A stretch of 64,000 bases of DNA from Paramecium tetraurelia. Taxonomy: Eukaryota. The position numbers were made by a program, and so were the translations under genes. Positions 1 to 13,439 of this stretch are shown piece by piece (the stretch's first letter is position 1; the number at the start of each line of letters is the position of its first letter). The notes beneath the pieces were generated by a model. It saw only the letters and a list, made by a program, of their open reading frames with translations, had not been told where the DNA came from and searched no databases. The DNA is taken from assembly GCA_000165425.1 (NCBI GenBank), contig CT868596.1:248001-312000 (forward strand), in the 5' to 3' direction.

Positions 1-934
1 TTTGTTGTTTACTTTAAATTATCCATTAAATTTTCAGGAACACAATTATGAGTAACAATGGTATAAACTTTTTTTAATTATTTTTGCTATTTAATAATTA
101 GTTTGTATTTTATTGATACATATTTTTGCATTTTCTAATTAATTACTATAAAATCAAAATAAGATTTCTGATTATTTTAATGTATATTAAAAAACTAGTC
201 AAAAAACGTCAGCAGATATCTCTTTAAAATACATTAGGTATTTAGAATCACTTTATTCCTGCTTGATCAATATTTTATTAAATTTTTTAAATCTGAACTG
301 CTTTGATTCTACAATTTTCATCCATCTATACTTTATTTCTTACCCCTATTTTTTACAATAAACATATTTTAAGATTTAAAAGTTGATAAATTAATTTCTA
401 ATTAAAAAATTAATTCTATTTATTCACTTAAATATTAGTAAATATTGTCTATAATTTGAAAAGGAATCTTTAATATATTACGTTAATTCATTTATAGATG
501 CAAGGCTCCTTTCATTTAAGTAAATATATATTGACTTACTCAAAAAATTGAAAATATAAGAATTGCATATATAACTAAGATCTGGTTATGTTTAAAACTT
601 AAGACTTCGCTGATTATAATATAAACTGAGACACATTTGAATTGGTTTAAGTTAAAAACGTAGCAGAAAAGTTGTAGGTTTGTAACAATACTTTCAATGA
701 TCATGCAATAATTTATTCTTAGAATTTACAAACAAATAGGAGCAAGAAAAAGTTAGCAGAGAATTCAAGCTACTTAGAATCAAAGAGAAACGATTAAGAA
801 CAAGCAAAGGTTAAAAAAGATCAAGAAAATGCCATTATTGAAAAATGGATAATAATTTTTAAGAAATAAATGGTTTCATGATAAGGAAGGTGAAAATGAG
901 TTCAATATCATTATTAAATATTTGGTAAAATCAA

Positions 935-1591
935 TCACAATTGCATCATTAGTTTCTATGCTTTCTTAAAACTATTGAGCATATCTTCAAATTATTCAGG
1001 AAACATAACAAATTGGCAACATTCTTGTTTCCCATTGTCATGCTGGAACGTTATGTTTGTATCTATATATCTGTTCCCCTCGATTTATTTTTGAGGGACC
1101 ACACTCTCTGATACTATAAATTTACTAATTCCATAATGAAACTCTACAGCCTTTCCAACTTTGAGAATCATAATTATTAATACTTTTTATTATTTAGTTT
1201 TCATAGACCTATTGTAATTTGTCTTTGTATTATTTAAAGGTCTTGCTCAATTATTCACAGTTTTCTTTTGGCAGACCCAAATCAATTAGCTCTTTTATTA
1301 ATATCTATTCTGAAACATCATATTTGGCAGAGTTTTCAACGATAAATGATACGCAAGCAATAGTTGAATTGATTTCTTATTGATTAAAACCAGATCCTTC
1401 CAGCATCTTAAATATCTTAGCTGAAGTGTCTATACCTTCGACAATATTCTATAGAATATATTAGGTCACTAATTTCATCTTCACAGAAGCCTATCCTTAT
1501 ATTTTAATTCTAATACAATTTTTGTCAGAAGTGCTGATTCAGCCAAAAACCATTCTGGGCAATTGCTGTCTCCACAAAATAAAAATCTCAT
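935..1591 (-). CDS. COMMD4: COMM domain-containing protein 4 (tiny introns)
   Basis: Code-6 translation MRFLFCGDSNCPEWFLAESALLTKI/ASVKMKL...ENSAKYDVSEQILIKELIDLGLPKENCEQL matches the COMMD4 N-terminal MRFRFCGDLDCPDW and ELQQLGLPKE motifs; TGA stop at 937-935. Confidence 0.85.
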
Positions 1592-2251
1592 AATTTTAAT
1601 ATTTATTCATTATTTAATATTCTATATTCCCTTTAGCTAAACACGATAATTGTAGAGGATTATAATACACAAATTCTATCACTTTTTGATAATTTTATAA
1701 ATATATCAGATGTGTTTGGCCTGATTTTTTTAAATGAATGAAGAAAAAAATGGAAATAACATATACTTAAGTATCCCAAATATTCTTTATCAATCATCAT
1801 CTTATCTCCTCTCTCAAAAACCTCAATATGAACATAGGTATCAAATTGTTGATTAAATAGTTGTAAATAATCAGTTTCTAATTTTGCAAATTTGGTTGCA
1901 TAGGATATATTATAAATAATAATACTCTAAGGCATAAAAATTAAATGAGAATACAAAATATCAATTTCTTATGCATTTATTTCAATTTATTAAATGTTGT
2001 GGCTTTGATTAAGTAAAAAGTTTAGTTAGTATAGATGTGTTAATATTTTCAATAAATTTTGATATAAGCATCAATAATATCTTGTACTTTGTTAGAATTA
2101 AAAAAAAATCTTCATTTTATTATATTAATGATTACAGAGTATCAAACTTAATAAAGAACTAATAATAATATATTGATCTTGTTCTTTATGTAAATAATGA
2201 TCAAAAAATAAATTACAAATTGAATAATTATTAATAAACAAAAAAGTTTAT

Positions 2252-2323
2252 AATCAAAATCATATCATTATCAGAGATCAATTTTAATGTATTTGAATTA
2301 ATCTCTTCATTTTAATTTCGATC
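2252..2323 (-). promoter_or_regulatory. Eukaryotic SECIS element in the 3'UTR of the SelW-like gene
   Basis: Minus strand: helix I GAUCGAAAUU/GAUUUUGAUU, core AUGAA...UGAU, helix II GAGAUUAAUU/AAUUGAUCUC (10 bp), apical loop CAAAUACAUUAA. Confidence 0.88.
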
Positions 2324-2356
2324 ATTCCTTTTTATTTATCATATTTATATTGGATT

Positions 2357-2674
2357 TCATTTTTCAACAAATGCAATCAACTTCTCTAAGGCTTTTTAAG
2401 CTGATTAGTTATTGAAAGGTCCATCGCCATTCAATTTAGAATGAACCAATAAAGAAGTTCCATCATTTTTGGTGACTGTTATTTCCATTTCACCTGTAAC
2501 TTTTTCACTTGGTTTACCAGAGGCTTGGACTTTTGGATATAATTATTTTATATAGGAAGCAGCTAGGTTATATTATGGTTTGTATCCTCATCCTCCACAA
2601 TAAGTGATGTGAACTTTGAAGGTTAGGTCTTTATTTGTTGGCAAGGCAGCAATGTTTTCTGGAATTTTCTACAT
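2357..2674 (-). CDS. Selenoprotein W-like (Rdx family), 105 aa, Sec at codon 29 (TGA 2590-2588)
   Basis: MQKIPENIAALPTNKDLTFKVHITYCGGUGYKPQYNLAASYIKQLYPKVQASGKPSEKVTGEMEITVTKNDGTSLLVHSKLNGDGPFNNQSAQKALEKLIAFVEK*; CxxU, TGxxEI and LVHSK..GDG motifs as in SelW; homology continues past the TGA. Confidence 0.92.
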
Positions 2675-2717
2675 TAAATTAATTATGATTAGGATAAAAA
2701 AATTTAGATTAAAAATC

Positions 2718-3716
2718 TCATTTTTTAATTTCTTTTATCAAAGTACCCATATTCCAAATTCCTTTTTTATACAGTTATCCATTTTTATAGATTTCGCCAT
2801 CTCCATTTTATCGACTTGATCTCCAATACCCAATGAAAACCTTTCCATCTGGATATGTCATTTATCCTTGGCCTTCGAATTCATCTTGTAAGAATTCTCC
2901 TTTGTACTCCTATCCAGTAGGCCAAATCATTGACCCTTGGCCTTCTTTGACTCCATCTCTCCATTCGCCGACATACTTCTTGCTATCATTCCAAAAGAAT
3001 GTCCCTTTATCTTAGATTAAAGGAATTACACATACTGTTAAAAGTGTCTCTAAGGAATTCTCCTTCATAATACGAGTTATCATTAAATATCATCTTGCCT
3101 TAGCCTTCTTTCGAGCCTCTCTTGAATTATCCTTGATAAGTGATGCCATTGGGCCATATTTCTTTGCCTTGACCTTGTTTTTCTCCATTATACCATTCGC
3201 CTTCATAATAAAAGGTAGAACTATACACACCGAACCCATTAAATAGATTGCTTTCAAATTCCCCTTCATAATAGTCTCCATCATGATATATCAATCTTCC
3301 AATGCCATAATATTGATCCTATTTAAAAAATCCTTCATAAAAACTTCCATCCAGATTCAAAACCTTGCCATAGCCATGTCTCATATCATCCAGCCAATCT
3401 CCAGAATACAGAGTCCCATTCTTTAATCTCTTAAGATGTATATAATTATTACATAACACCCCTTCTTATTTCCCATTAAGGCAGTCAAATCTTATGTTTT
3501 GAAATGAGGAGAGTCTTTAACAACAAGCTTTTTTAGCTTTTCCATAGTAGCCATGATTAATGGATTCAAAATAATAAATTACTCCTAAGTTTCATATACT
3601 CGAGGAGTGATAGCATTGATTAATTAATGAATACTCTCCTCAACACTCAAATGATCAGGCGTGTTATGGTTACTAAGATATGCGGGGGGATTTTAGTATG
3701 AGCAGCAATTACCCAT
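2718..3716 (-). CDS. MORN-repeat protein with N-terminal MGNCC acylation motif
   Basis: Repeated YxGxWxxxxxxGxG units (YVGEWRDGVKEGQG, YKGEFLQDEFEGQG); starts MGNCCS; tiny introns. Confidence 0.85.
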
Positions 3717-3765
3717 TAAATATAATTATTTATTGACAGATATTTTTAATGTATATAATAATTTA

Positions 3766-4234
3766 TCAGGCAATGAGTATACATGCTCCACCAACAGCCT
3801 TAATTCTTCTTTCTGCAGTTTTGCTAAAGAATTTAGCCTTGACCACAACTGGTTGATTTGGCAATCTTCCCTTACCCAAGACCTTAAAATAACCTGCCTT
3901 AGTAACGTCAATCACTGCAGCCTTATCTTTAGATTTGGAATATTTTTCTCTGGTTTCATCTGTAACAAGTGACCACAATTTGTCAATGTTAACAACTGGC
4001 TTATGAAGTGTATTCTTTTTTAAATGGAAATGTCTCATTCCAGTCTATGATTTAACTAATCAGATGTACTTTTTGGAAATATCCTGGATGGTATTTATTG
4101 AAATTGATTCTATGATGTGTCAAACCTCCTGAAACACCTCTACCACTTGGATGTTTTCTATGCTTTCCAACTCTACCATAACCATGGCAAACATGTCCTC
4201 TCATTTTTCTGCATTTTCTTAATCTGCTGACCAT
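3766..4234 (-). CDS. RPL27A: 60S ribosomal protein L27a (uL15), one 25-nt intron at 4045-4069
   Basis: [33 protein letters not shown]...YFQK/TGMRHF...[12 protein letters not shown]...[16 protein letters not shown]. Confidence 0.97.
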
Positions 4235-4422
4235 TTTTTTTATATTTTAAAAAGATTTTAATATGTGATTATTATACAAACTCATTACCTAAACAAATTA
4301 TTTATATCTCTTCTAAAAACGTGTGCTTTTTTATCTTTGTACATTAACTAATTTCGAATGAAAAATAACAACAAAAAACCAAATACAAATTAATGATCAC
4401 AGTTCTAAATTGATTTAGTAAC

Positions 4423-5590
4423 TCAATTTGCTGATGTTTCATTTTGATTATAGATCAATGATGCTTCATTACTTACGCTCGAAGATTTATCATCTTCCAT
4501 GCTAATCTCTTTCTTTCTTTGCTAAACAATTAGTTAAAGTTCTTACATATGAAAAATAAAAGGTTACAAAATTAATTTGAACTAGAATATTCAATAAAAA
4601 CCTAAAACAAGGAGACAAGTTTTGGTATAGATGATCTTGAAAACTATAAAAATAAAATTGTGCATAGCATAATCCCAATAGTTAAACAGGAATCATAAAC
4701 AAAAATAATATTATTTAGGCTGGTTTCCATTTTAAATTTTCTAAAGCGTACTCTTCAAATAATTTTACAAAAATATTAATTGTCCAAAATAAAATTACAA
4801 AAATGAGCAATATTTAAATCTTTAGGGCTTTTATGGAATTCAAATTTTAGTGTAGTCTTATTTATAATTATAGTATTGAATTTCGCAAATTTTTATATTG
4901 GATTAATCCAAATACTAGCACAACCAGATTTATCATTAATTAAAATATCCACCATATCATCCATGGACCATCTACCAAATCTAAATTACAAATATATAGA
5001 ATAAGTTCATTATTATATTTAATGCCATAATGTCGAAATTTAGCAAAACAAGAACCAAAATTGCATAGAATTGTTAGAACAACAATAAGAATTAAGTATT
5101 TACTAAATTTCTTTTTTATTTAGCGTTGTTTTACAATTATTTCAGAGATTGCATGGCAAGATAAATAAGAGAATAAAGAACTAGCAAACCAAGCTCCATT
5201 ATTAGTGATTCCTTAAAATTTGCAATCTAATTGATATTTATATTGATTTTACATCCATCTGTCATGCAGTTTTACTAATTAGGATTACTTTCTTAATTGA
5301 TTTCCTCTTCCTTTTTTGAAAATTAACAATATTCAAGTGAATCAGCACTATCAATTTTTTCTGAGTAAAAGAAAGGTCCAATAGTTTATGGAACAAAAAA
5401 AATGAGCAAAACTATCACTTAGAAGAAATATAATCTATAAGCTTGATTAATAAGCATACTTTTATATTAAGTATTTGCTACCATTTCCAACTATGTAAAA
5501 TAGGATAATCAATAATAAAGAGATTATGCTTGTTACGTTGCATATAAAAATAGTCAATAGGAATCCATTATGATTGTAATCATAAAACAT
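4423..5590 (-). CDS. Multi-pass membrane protein, possibly GPCR-like (cAMP-receptor/Git3 type)
   Basis: MFYDYNHNGFLLTIFICNVTSIISLLLIILFYIVG; several hydrophobic segments including CKFQGITNNGAWFASSLFSYLSC; exon structure only partly resolved. Confidence 0.45.
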
Positions 5591-5852
5591 TTCTTGAATT
5601 AGTTCTGTTAATATAAAGATTAAAAATTTACATAGTTTAATAATACATCAGATAATTAATTGGGAAAAATTGATGATATCATAAATATAATAAGCCTTTA
5701 ATTTATTCTTGGAGTTATTCATCAAATAACAACATTTCTAAATCTCAGACTGTCAAATTATAATATGATTAAAACATAGCCAAAATAGATACTTTTAATA
5801 TCTCTTAATTATTATTCCTAATCATAATTAGTTAATTCAAATATTTATAAAA

Positions 5853-8800
5853 TCAAATATTTTGGTACTCTTCAGTTCGAAAATATTACGCTTTTTGTTT
5901 GATTATCTACTTTAAATAATAAGATATACATCTGATCGAAGAGGATTAAATGATTAAGCTTATGAAGGTGATTTATTTGAATATTAGGATTCTTTAACTG
6001 CTGAACTGTAATTAGAGACATCAGATCTGTGTTAAACAGTGTTCACTATTGACTTAATTTTTTTAGAGTCCTCAAAATTAAAACCTGAAACCAATCCTGT
6101 TGCATTATTCGCAACATCTCCTGTCCTTTGTACTTCAAAGGTTTTTGAAACAAAATATGCATTGCTTGCATTATTTGAGCTTAATCTTTTTTGGGTTTTA
6201 GAGAGTTCATTCCTTAACATATTAATTTCTGATTCGTATTCTGTTGCCTAATCATTAATATATATATAATACTCTTTCAATTAATTTATCGTGTTTAAGT
6301 TAAATTTAATCCTTGAGCATCATTTACCTTTCAATTTCTGCATTCAAACCTTCAATTCTAGTCTCTAATTCAACAAGTTTTTAATTACTAAATAGATACA
6401 CAAATAATTTACTTTTATGTTTCTCTTATGATAATCTATTGTTTGCTTTATTGCTCTAAAATCGATTCATGCTCCATTCTTAATTGTCTGATTGTTGTTG
6501 ATAATTCTTGAACCATCTCATGCAATTATTCAATTTCAAGTTCTTTTTCTTATAACTAATTTAGTAAATCTCTAACTTTTGTTTCATTCTTCTTCTCATT
6601 TTCTAAATTTCTGATATGCGTTTATGATTGCTAAATGACTTCAATTTTCCTTTTAATTTCTAATTCTAATCGATTTAATTTTTCAAAATCTATAGATTAA
6701 TATCTATCTTAATAGTCCTGATTTTCACGATTTAATTATCTTATTTTTAGTTCAAGTTCATTATTTTTTGATTTATATTATGTTAATTCATTTTAACATT
6801 AAGGATACATCTTATTAACTCTATCTAATTCAGCTTTTATTGTATCTCTACTTTACTCTGTTGATTTTAATTACATTTTTATAGACTCAAATTCTCCAGA
6901 AGTAGTGCTAACTTCAGTTGACAATGCAATAAATTTCCTCTTCCATTATTCATTCTCTTCATTTTTACATCTCATTGATCTATAATTTTTTGATTTTCTT
7001 TCTGCAATAGTTCAATTTATTATTTGTATTCTTTAATTTCCCTATTTTTAGAGTTCTCCAAATATTGCAACTCTGATTTACATTACTCTATTACTAAGTT
7101 TAAATAATTGTTATCTCCTTCTTAAATTAGCTTTCTTGAATACTTATTCTTTCTTCATATTATTTCTTTTAAGTTTATATTTCTAATTTAAGCCTCTCTA
7201 TTAGTTTCTCATTTTATAACTACTCCTCCTTGTAATAATTCAATTTTCTTTCATATTCTGAATATCTTTCTCTTTCTTGTCTAAATTCCTCATTTCTTCT
7301 TTCCAACAACTTAATTTATTCGATAAATTCCTATTCCCTTCTTTCATATTAAAATTAAATTTATTTTGATTTTTGCCCTTCCTCTATTTTTATCTATATT
7401 GAAGTTAATTATTCTTAATATTCCTAATTAGACTTTTAAGTAGTCCTAAGTTATATCCTTAAGTTTTTTATTTCTTATTCCAACTCAAAGCTAGAGTTCT
7501 AATATTCTTTTAATTATTTTTCATAGATTTACACTTCATTTTACAATTAAAGCAGCTATCTTTCTAAATTTTAGATCTTAAATAAATCCTCTTACTTACT
7601 GACTTATACTGTTTCTTTTATTATTTGAACCTCTTGCTTTTATTTCTAAATAACAGTAAGATTATCTCTTAATGTAGATAATTGCTATTCCAATTACCTA
7701 ATACGATATTAATCCGCCTCTGAAGGCACTTCAATTGTCACGGTTTCTTTAATTACTTCTTATTTCTTTTAATTTAAGGAAAAGTAATCTTATTATAATG
7801 AACTAATTTATTATTCTAATTATCTAATTCTAATTCGATCAGATTCAACAGGGACTTCTACTACTTCCCTGACAATCTCAGCTTTTCTAGATTATAAAAC
7901 CTAATATTCACTTCTTATTTACGAAAGCTACATTTCTAATTATTGAATTTTGAATTTATCAGCCTAAGACGGTACTTCAATTGTATAAGTTTCTTTGATT
8001 ACTTCTTATTTAGTCTTATTTAATGCAATATAATCTTATTGTAATTTATTTAAGTCTTGTTCTAATTCAATGATTCTTCTTTTATCAGACTCCTTTGGAA
8101 CTTCAACCCTTTCTGTAATCACTTCTCGTATAGTCTCTTACTTCTTTTTAGATATTATTTATAACTCCATGGTCAAATTACTTAATTAGGATTCTAATTA
8201 TGCAATTCTTTATTTATCTGCAGGAGAAGAAACCTCAACCCTTTCAGTAATTACTTCTTTTATCACTTCCTACTTTTTCTTACTCACAATCTCATAATTA
8301 TTTTGTAAATTTAAATACTCCATCTTCATTTATTGCAATGACTACTCCAATTATTAAATTCTGTATTTATCTGCTTATGAAGACACCTCTACTGTTACAG
8401 TTTCCCTTATGACTTCTTATTTCTTCAAATTCAATTAATTATAATCTCTTTATAATTACGAAAACTGATCCTACAATTATCTTATTCTAATTTTATCTGA
8501 TTCCACAGGCACTTCCACTCTCTCTGTAATTATTTCCCTAATTACTTCCTGCTTCTATTATTAAATTATTAGTAATTCTGACTTTAATTACTAAACCTAT
8601 GATTCTAATTATTAGATTCTAAATTTGTCTGCCTATGAAGACACTTCTACAGTTACTGTTTCCTTAATAATTTATTGTTTCTTTTAATTAAGTTAGTAAT
8701 AGTCCTGAGTTAATCTTTGTAATTCCTATTCCAATTATTAAATTCTTAACTTATCTTTTTATGATGGGACTTCAACTGTTTCTGTTATGGTTTCTCTTAT

Positions 8801-11800
8801 TACTTCTTATTTTTATTGTTGTATTATTGATATATTTTACTTTAATTGAACCACTAATGACTCCAGCTATTATATTCTTAATTGATCTGATTATTAAGGA
8901 ACTTCTACTGTTATAGTTTCCTTTATTATCTCTTGCTTTTTTTAATTCAATAGATAATACTCTTGTTATATTTTTTATAATTAACTTTCCAATTATTAAA
9001 TTTTGATTCTATCAGATTCTAAAGGTACTTCAACTCTCTCTGTTATGTATTCAGTGATTATTTCTTATTTTTTTTAGGAAACTATTTGCAATTCTTTCTT
9101 AATTTACAATAACTAAGATTCTAAAAGTTAAATTCTTGATTTATCAGCTTAAGAGGGAACTTCAACAGTAATGGTTTCTTTGATAATTTCTTATTTTTTC
9201 AATTCTAAGTATTAATAGTCCTTTTGTAGACGCTAAAGCTGGGTTTATAATTATTAGATCTTTAATTTATCAGATTCTGAAGGGACCTCAACTCTTTCAG
9301 TAATTATTTCTCTTATAACTTCCTATTTACTTTTAGAGACGAATTCCAATTATGTCTTTAATTTGACTATCTCAGATTCTAATTATTAGATTATTTATCT
9401 ATCAGCTTAGGATGGTACTTCAACAGTGATTTGCTGTGTTATAACTTCTTATTTTCTTTAATTTAATAAATAGATCTCTTATCTTAAATTATTTACTTAT
9501 ATTTCCAATTATTAAATTCTAATTTTATCTGCTTCTACAGGAACTTCAACAGTTTGAGTTATAAATTCTCGAATAATTTCTTATTTTTTTGCTGATGATT
9601 GTTTAACCTAATGTTCTAGTTCTTAGATTCTCAACTTATCACTTTCTGATTATTACACTTCTCTTATAGTTTCTACAACAACTTAATTCTTTCGTCTATC
9701 TAATTCATAGTATTTAGTTTTCCACAATTATAATTCCTCCTCTAAATTAGCGATCAATTTAATATCTTCTTGACTTCTGACTTAAACTGTTTCCCTAATA
9801 GTTTCTCTAATAACTTCCTATTTAGATGCTGACACTTATTGAGATTGTAATTTTAATAGAGATACTTGTTATTCCAATTCTTATATTTTTAATTTTTCTT
9901 ATTTTGAAGGAGTTTCAATTATTTATTTAACTATCTCAGGTTTCCTTTTGAGAAGTACATCATTAGAGGCCTTTAATTCTGTAATTTTCTATTTATCTAG
10001 TTCCCACTCACTTTTTAATAAATTAAATTCGTTTCTTTTATCTAATAATTATTTTTCTAAATCTCGGCACTTCGATTTCAAAGTCTCAATATCCAATTCT
10101 AATTACCTAACCTTTCTAGATTGATCTTGATTCTATTTGATATTCTCTATAGTTACAGAGTAAGTTGAGATTTACTCCTTATAGGTTTCTTCTCTGATTT
10201 GTAGAACACGGACTTCTTCTTATAATTCAATTAATTGTAACTCTAATTATTGAATTCTATGTTTATCTTATTCGGTCTAAGTGAGAATATAGGTGTGAGA
10301 TTCATATTAGGTCTTAACATCAATCAACAATTATCTAGCTTCTTGATGTTGCAATTATTCATGATAGAATTTCTCTTTCCATAGTTTGACTTAGACTTCC
10401 ATCTCATTATACAATTATTCAATTTATCTGAATTCTCTTCTTAACTTTTCAATTTCCTTTTAATGATTTTCAGCTTCGTATTAATATTAAGTATACGATT
10501 AAATCTCAATTCGTTTTTCTTATTGTTACACAATCATTTATTCTTATAATTGTTTAATTTCAACCTTATAATTGTTGATTTATTAATTCAATTAATTAAC
10601 TTACGTTTTATATCTATCCAATTCTACAGTACTTTTACTTTATTTTTCTAATTAAGTGATACTCAATCTATATCCATTATTTTATTCTTAAATTGATTTG
10701 AATTCAGTGACTAATATGTCCAATTCCTCCTTTACACGTTCATTTTCTATTCTTAAATGATTGTTCTGATCTTCTAATTATTTGATTCTTAACCTGTGAG
10801 TCTCACTATCCTTGGTTTTAATTTCTAATTATATATATTTTTATTTCCAATTTTCTAATTCATTCTATATTGTATGAACTTGCCAACTATCCCTTTGTAT
10901 TCTTTCATTTTATTGAAGTTCTATTTGTTTTTTGGTCTCATTGACTCTAATTTCCATTTAGATGATTCTCCTCTCACTTTCTTCTTTTTGTAATTCAAAC
11001 ACTTGACATTTCTCCTGCCATTGTTTACATTAAGTTTAATAGAAATTGACCTCTTATCTTAGTTGATCAATCTCATATTACATGTTACCTTTCGACTCTG
11101 CCATAGCTGACTCCAATTTAAATTGATTCTAGTTATGTGCCTCTATTAATATTTGAATATCATTATCCATCTCTTTAATTTTGTCCTTTAAGGTTTAAAT
11201 TGTTCTCTCGTAAAATTCCTTATCTGATGTTCTTACTTAAGCCTCAGATTAATGCCTGGCTAATTCCTACATCAGTCTAGTAATTTCACTTTAGGTAGTA
11301 GAATTCCTCTATTCCTTAACAGATCTGATCTCTAATTCCAAGGTAGACGCCCTATTTTTATAAGTCTATATATCTTGTTCATATTTGCTTTTTATCCTCA
11401 AATACTCTTCTACTTGCTTTCTCTGCTCTGTTAACAAGGCATTGAGTTGAGTAATCTCTAAAATGATTAGAACTGATATGGAATACCCTATTAAGATTTG
11501 ATCTATTGTTGAGTCATTGAAGAAATGTCTTATTTGTATCTGGCAACTAGACTAGATGATTCAGCATCTGAAGAATTTCTCATTAACAATTAAGAGCGCA
11601 ATTTTGCCAATTCTTACTGAGCTGCTTCCAGTTCAGCTTGGTTAATCATGTACTTCTGCTTTAGATTATAATTTTCTCCTGACATTTGCTTTAATTATTA
11701 ATTGTCCTTGTCCAATTGTTCGATCACTTCTTTCAATTTTCTATTGTCCTGCAGCAGTTCCTCATAACGTCTATGAATAGGATGAGTTATTTACTTGTCT

Positions 11801-11972
11801 TCGAACATGAGACTCTTTCTAGTACTCTAATTGATCTCAATCACACGTCTAATGTAAAATTTAAGATTTACTTTTCAGCACTCGAAACCACTCCGGAAGT
11901 AGTTTAGTACTTATCATTAGTGAATGACTATCTACTTTGTGCCATGGGGACTTGGAGATATTGTTAATTCAT
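5853..11972 (-). CDS. Giant (~2000 aa) coiled-coil protein with internal VEVP charged repeats, probable cortical/cytoskeletal protein
   Basis: Long E/Q/K-rich code-6 frame starting MNQQYLQVPMAQSRQ with a few tiny introns; repeats such as KQEVIREIITERVEVPVESDKIRIRQL; 3' end approximate. Confidence 0.85.
7690..9930 (-). repeat. Coding tandem repeat, about 15-18 units of 41/45 aa, alternating as a ~258-bp dimer
   Basis: VEV[PS]xx[SA]DK motifs recur near 7730, 7852, 7972, 8100, 8232, 8385, 8510, 8642, 8768, 8900, 9025, 9158, 9285, 9417 and 9541. Confidence 0.85.
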
Positions 11973-12220
11973 AAATTTGAATTTATATTAAAAAGTTTGT
12001 TTGTTTTAAGTTCTAATTAAAGGAATAGTAAAATTATTATTAAATATAATCGATTATAATTTGTACCAATTTTTAAGAATCAAATAATTTCTGATTAGAT
12101 TTAGCATTAAAATTCAAATTATATATGAAAATTTTGAGATCATTTTTTTCGGACTTTCCGAATTCTTTTCAAAGTATTTAAGTTGTTTTTTAAATTAAGT
12201 TAAAAATATTAATAATTGAA

Positions 12221-13362
12221 ATGAAAAAGAATCAATTTGGACTTTTGGAAGATTTAACAGAGCCAGGACTAGTTAAAAAAAGTAACGATGTTTCATGGAA
12301 GAATGAAGATATTTATAAATAAACCAATTTTGAAAAAAATACAACCTATTTCCATATTATGGGTAATTTGTAATTCAAGAATATTAAGGTCATGAGGAGT
12401 CTCATGCAGTCAGAAGAAGAGAAATATTGAAAAAACACCCAGAAATATAGGTTTTATTTGGGAATGACATCAATTCTGCTTGGTTAGGAATCACCTTTGT
12501 TCTGGTGTAATTCTTTTTCATAAGTCTTTTCTCCTAATTAAGTTGGTTTTGGTTTGTGATAACTGCTTATGTGTTTGGGGCAACCTTGAGTCATGCTCTA
12601 CATGTTTTGGTCCACGATTTTACCCATTTCACCTGTTTTGAAAGTATTCTCTTGAATAAGTTGATGGCAATTTGGGCAAACTTCGGATAGGGAGTACCCT
12701 CAGCCATCACTTTTGGTAGGTATAAAATACATATTTAAATATGTTTAGATATCATGCAGATCATCATACCTTTCTGAACTTGGAAACCCTAGATCCAGAT
12801 CTTCCATCAAGATTAGAGTTAAAGTATATTAAAGGACCAATACTTAAATTTTTGTTTGTGGCTTGTCTCCCCTTCTTTTATGGCTTGAGGCCTGTTATTG
12901 TAAGACCATTAAAGCCAAACGCCTATGAAGTAATTAATGTAGTCTCCGTCTTTTTTGTTGATTATTTGATTGTCAACTATATTGGGGTACAAGGACTAAT
13001 TTGGCTTTTGCTCTCCACTTATTTTGGTTTGAGGTATCAATATTATTCAATGTAGTGTGCATCCATTTGCAGTTCATTTGATAGCAGAACATTACGAGTT
13101 CGTTAATAGAATGGAAACATATGATTATATTGGTTGGGCTAATTTCTTTGTTCTGAATATTGGATATCATACAGAACATCATGATTTTCCCATGATTCCC
13201 TGGTCTAGATTGCCTTTACTAAGAAAAATGGTGCCAGAGTATTATGAGAATTTGCCTTGCCATACAAATTATGTGCATACCTTATTGGCTTACATTTTTG
13301 ATGGATATATGGGACCCTTCTCTAGAATTGTTAGATCTTCGCCTGTATATTTCAAAAAATGA
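12221..13362 (+). CDS. DEGS1: Sphingolipid delta(4)-desaturase (DES1/DEGS family), three tiny introns
   Basis: HAVRRREILKKHPEI N-terminal motif; His boxes HDFTH, YHADHH and NIGYHTEHHDFP. Confidence 0.92.
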
Positions 13363-13439
13363 CTTTTTAATTTAAATTGTACAATTCAATTGGGCAATAT
13401 ATGCCTATTTCATAATTATTTATATTTATTTGTATAATC

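Noticed and set aside
2616..3015. ORF-track plus-strand ORFs 2616-2819 and 2833-3015, and similar antisense ORFs (3733, 6039, 17414, 23137, 23580, 25701, 31317, 47056, 54713)
   Set aside because: Shadow ORFs antisense to real code-6 genes; artefacts of standard-code translation
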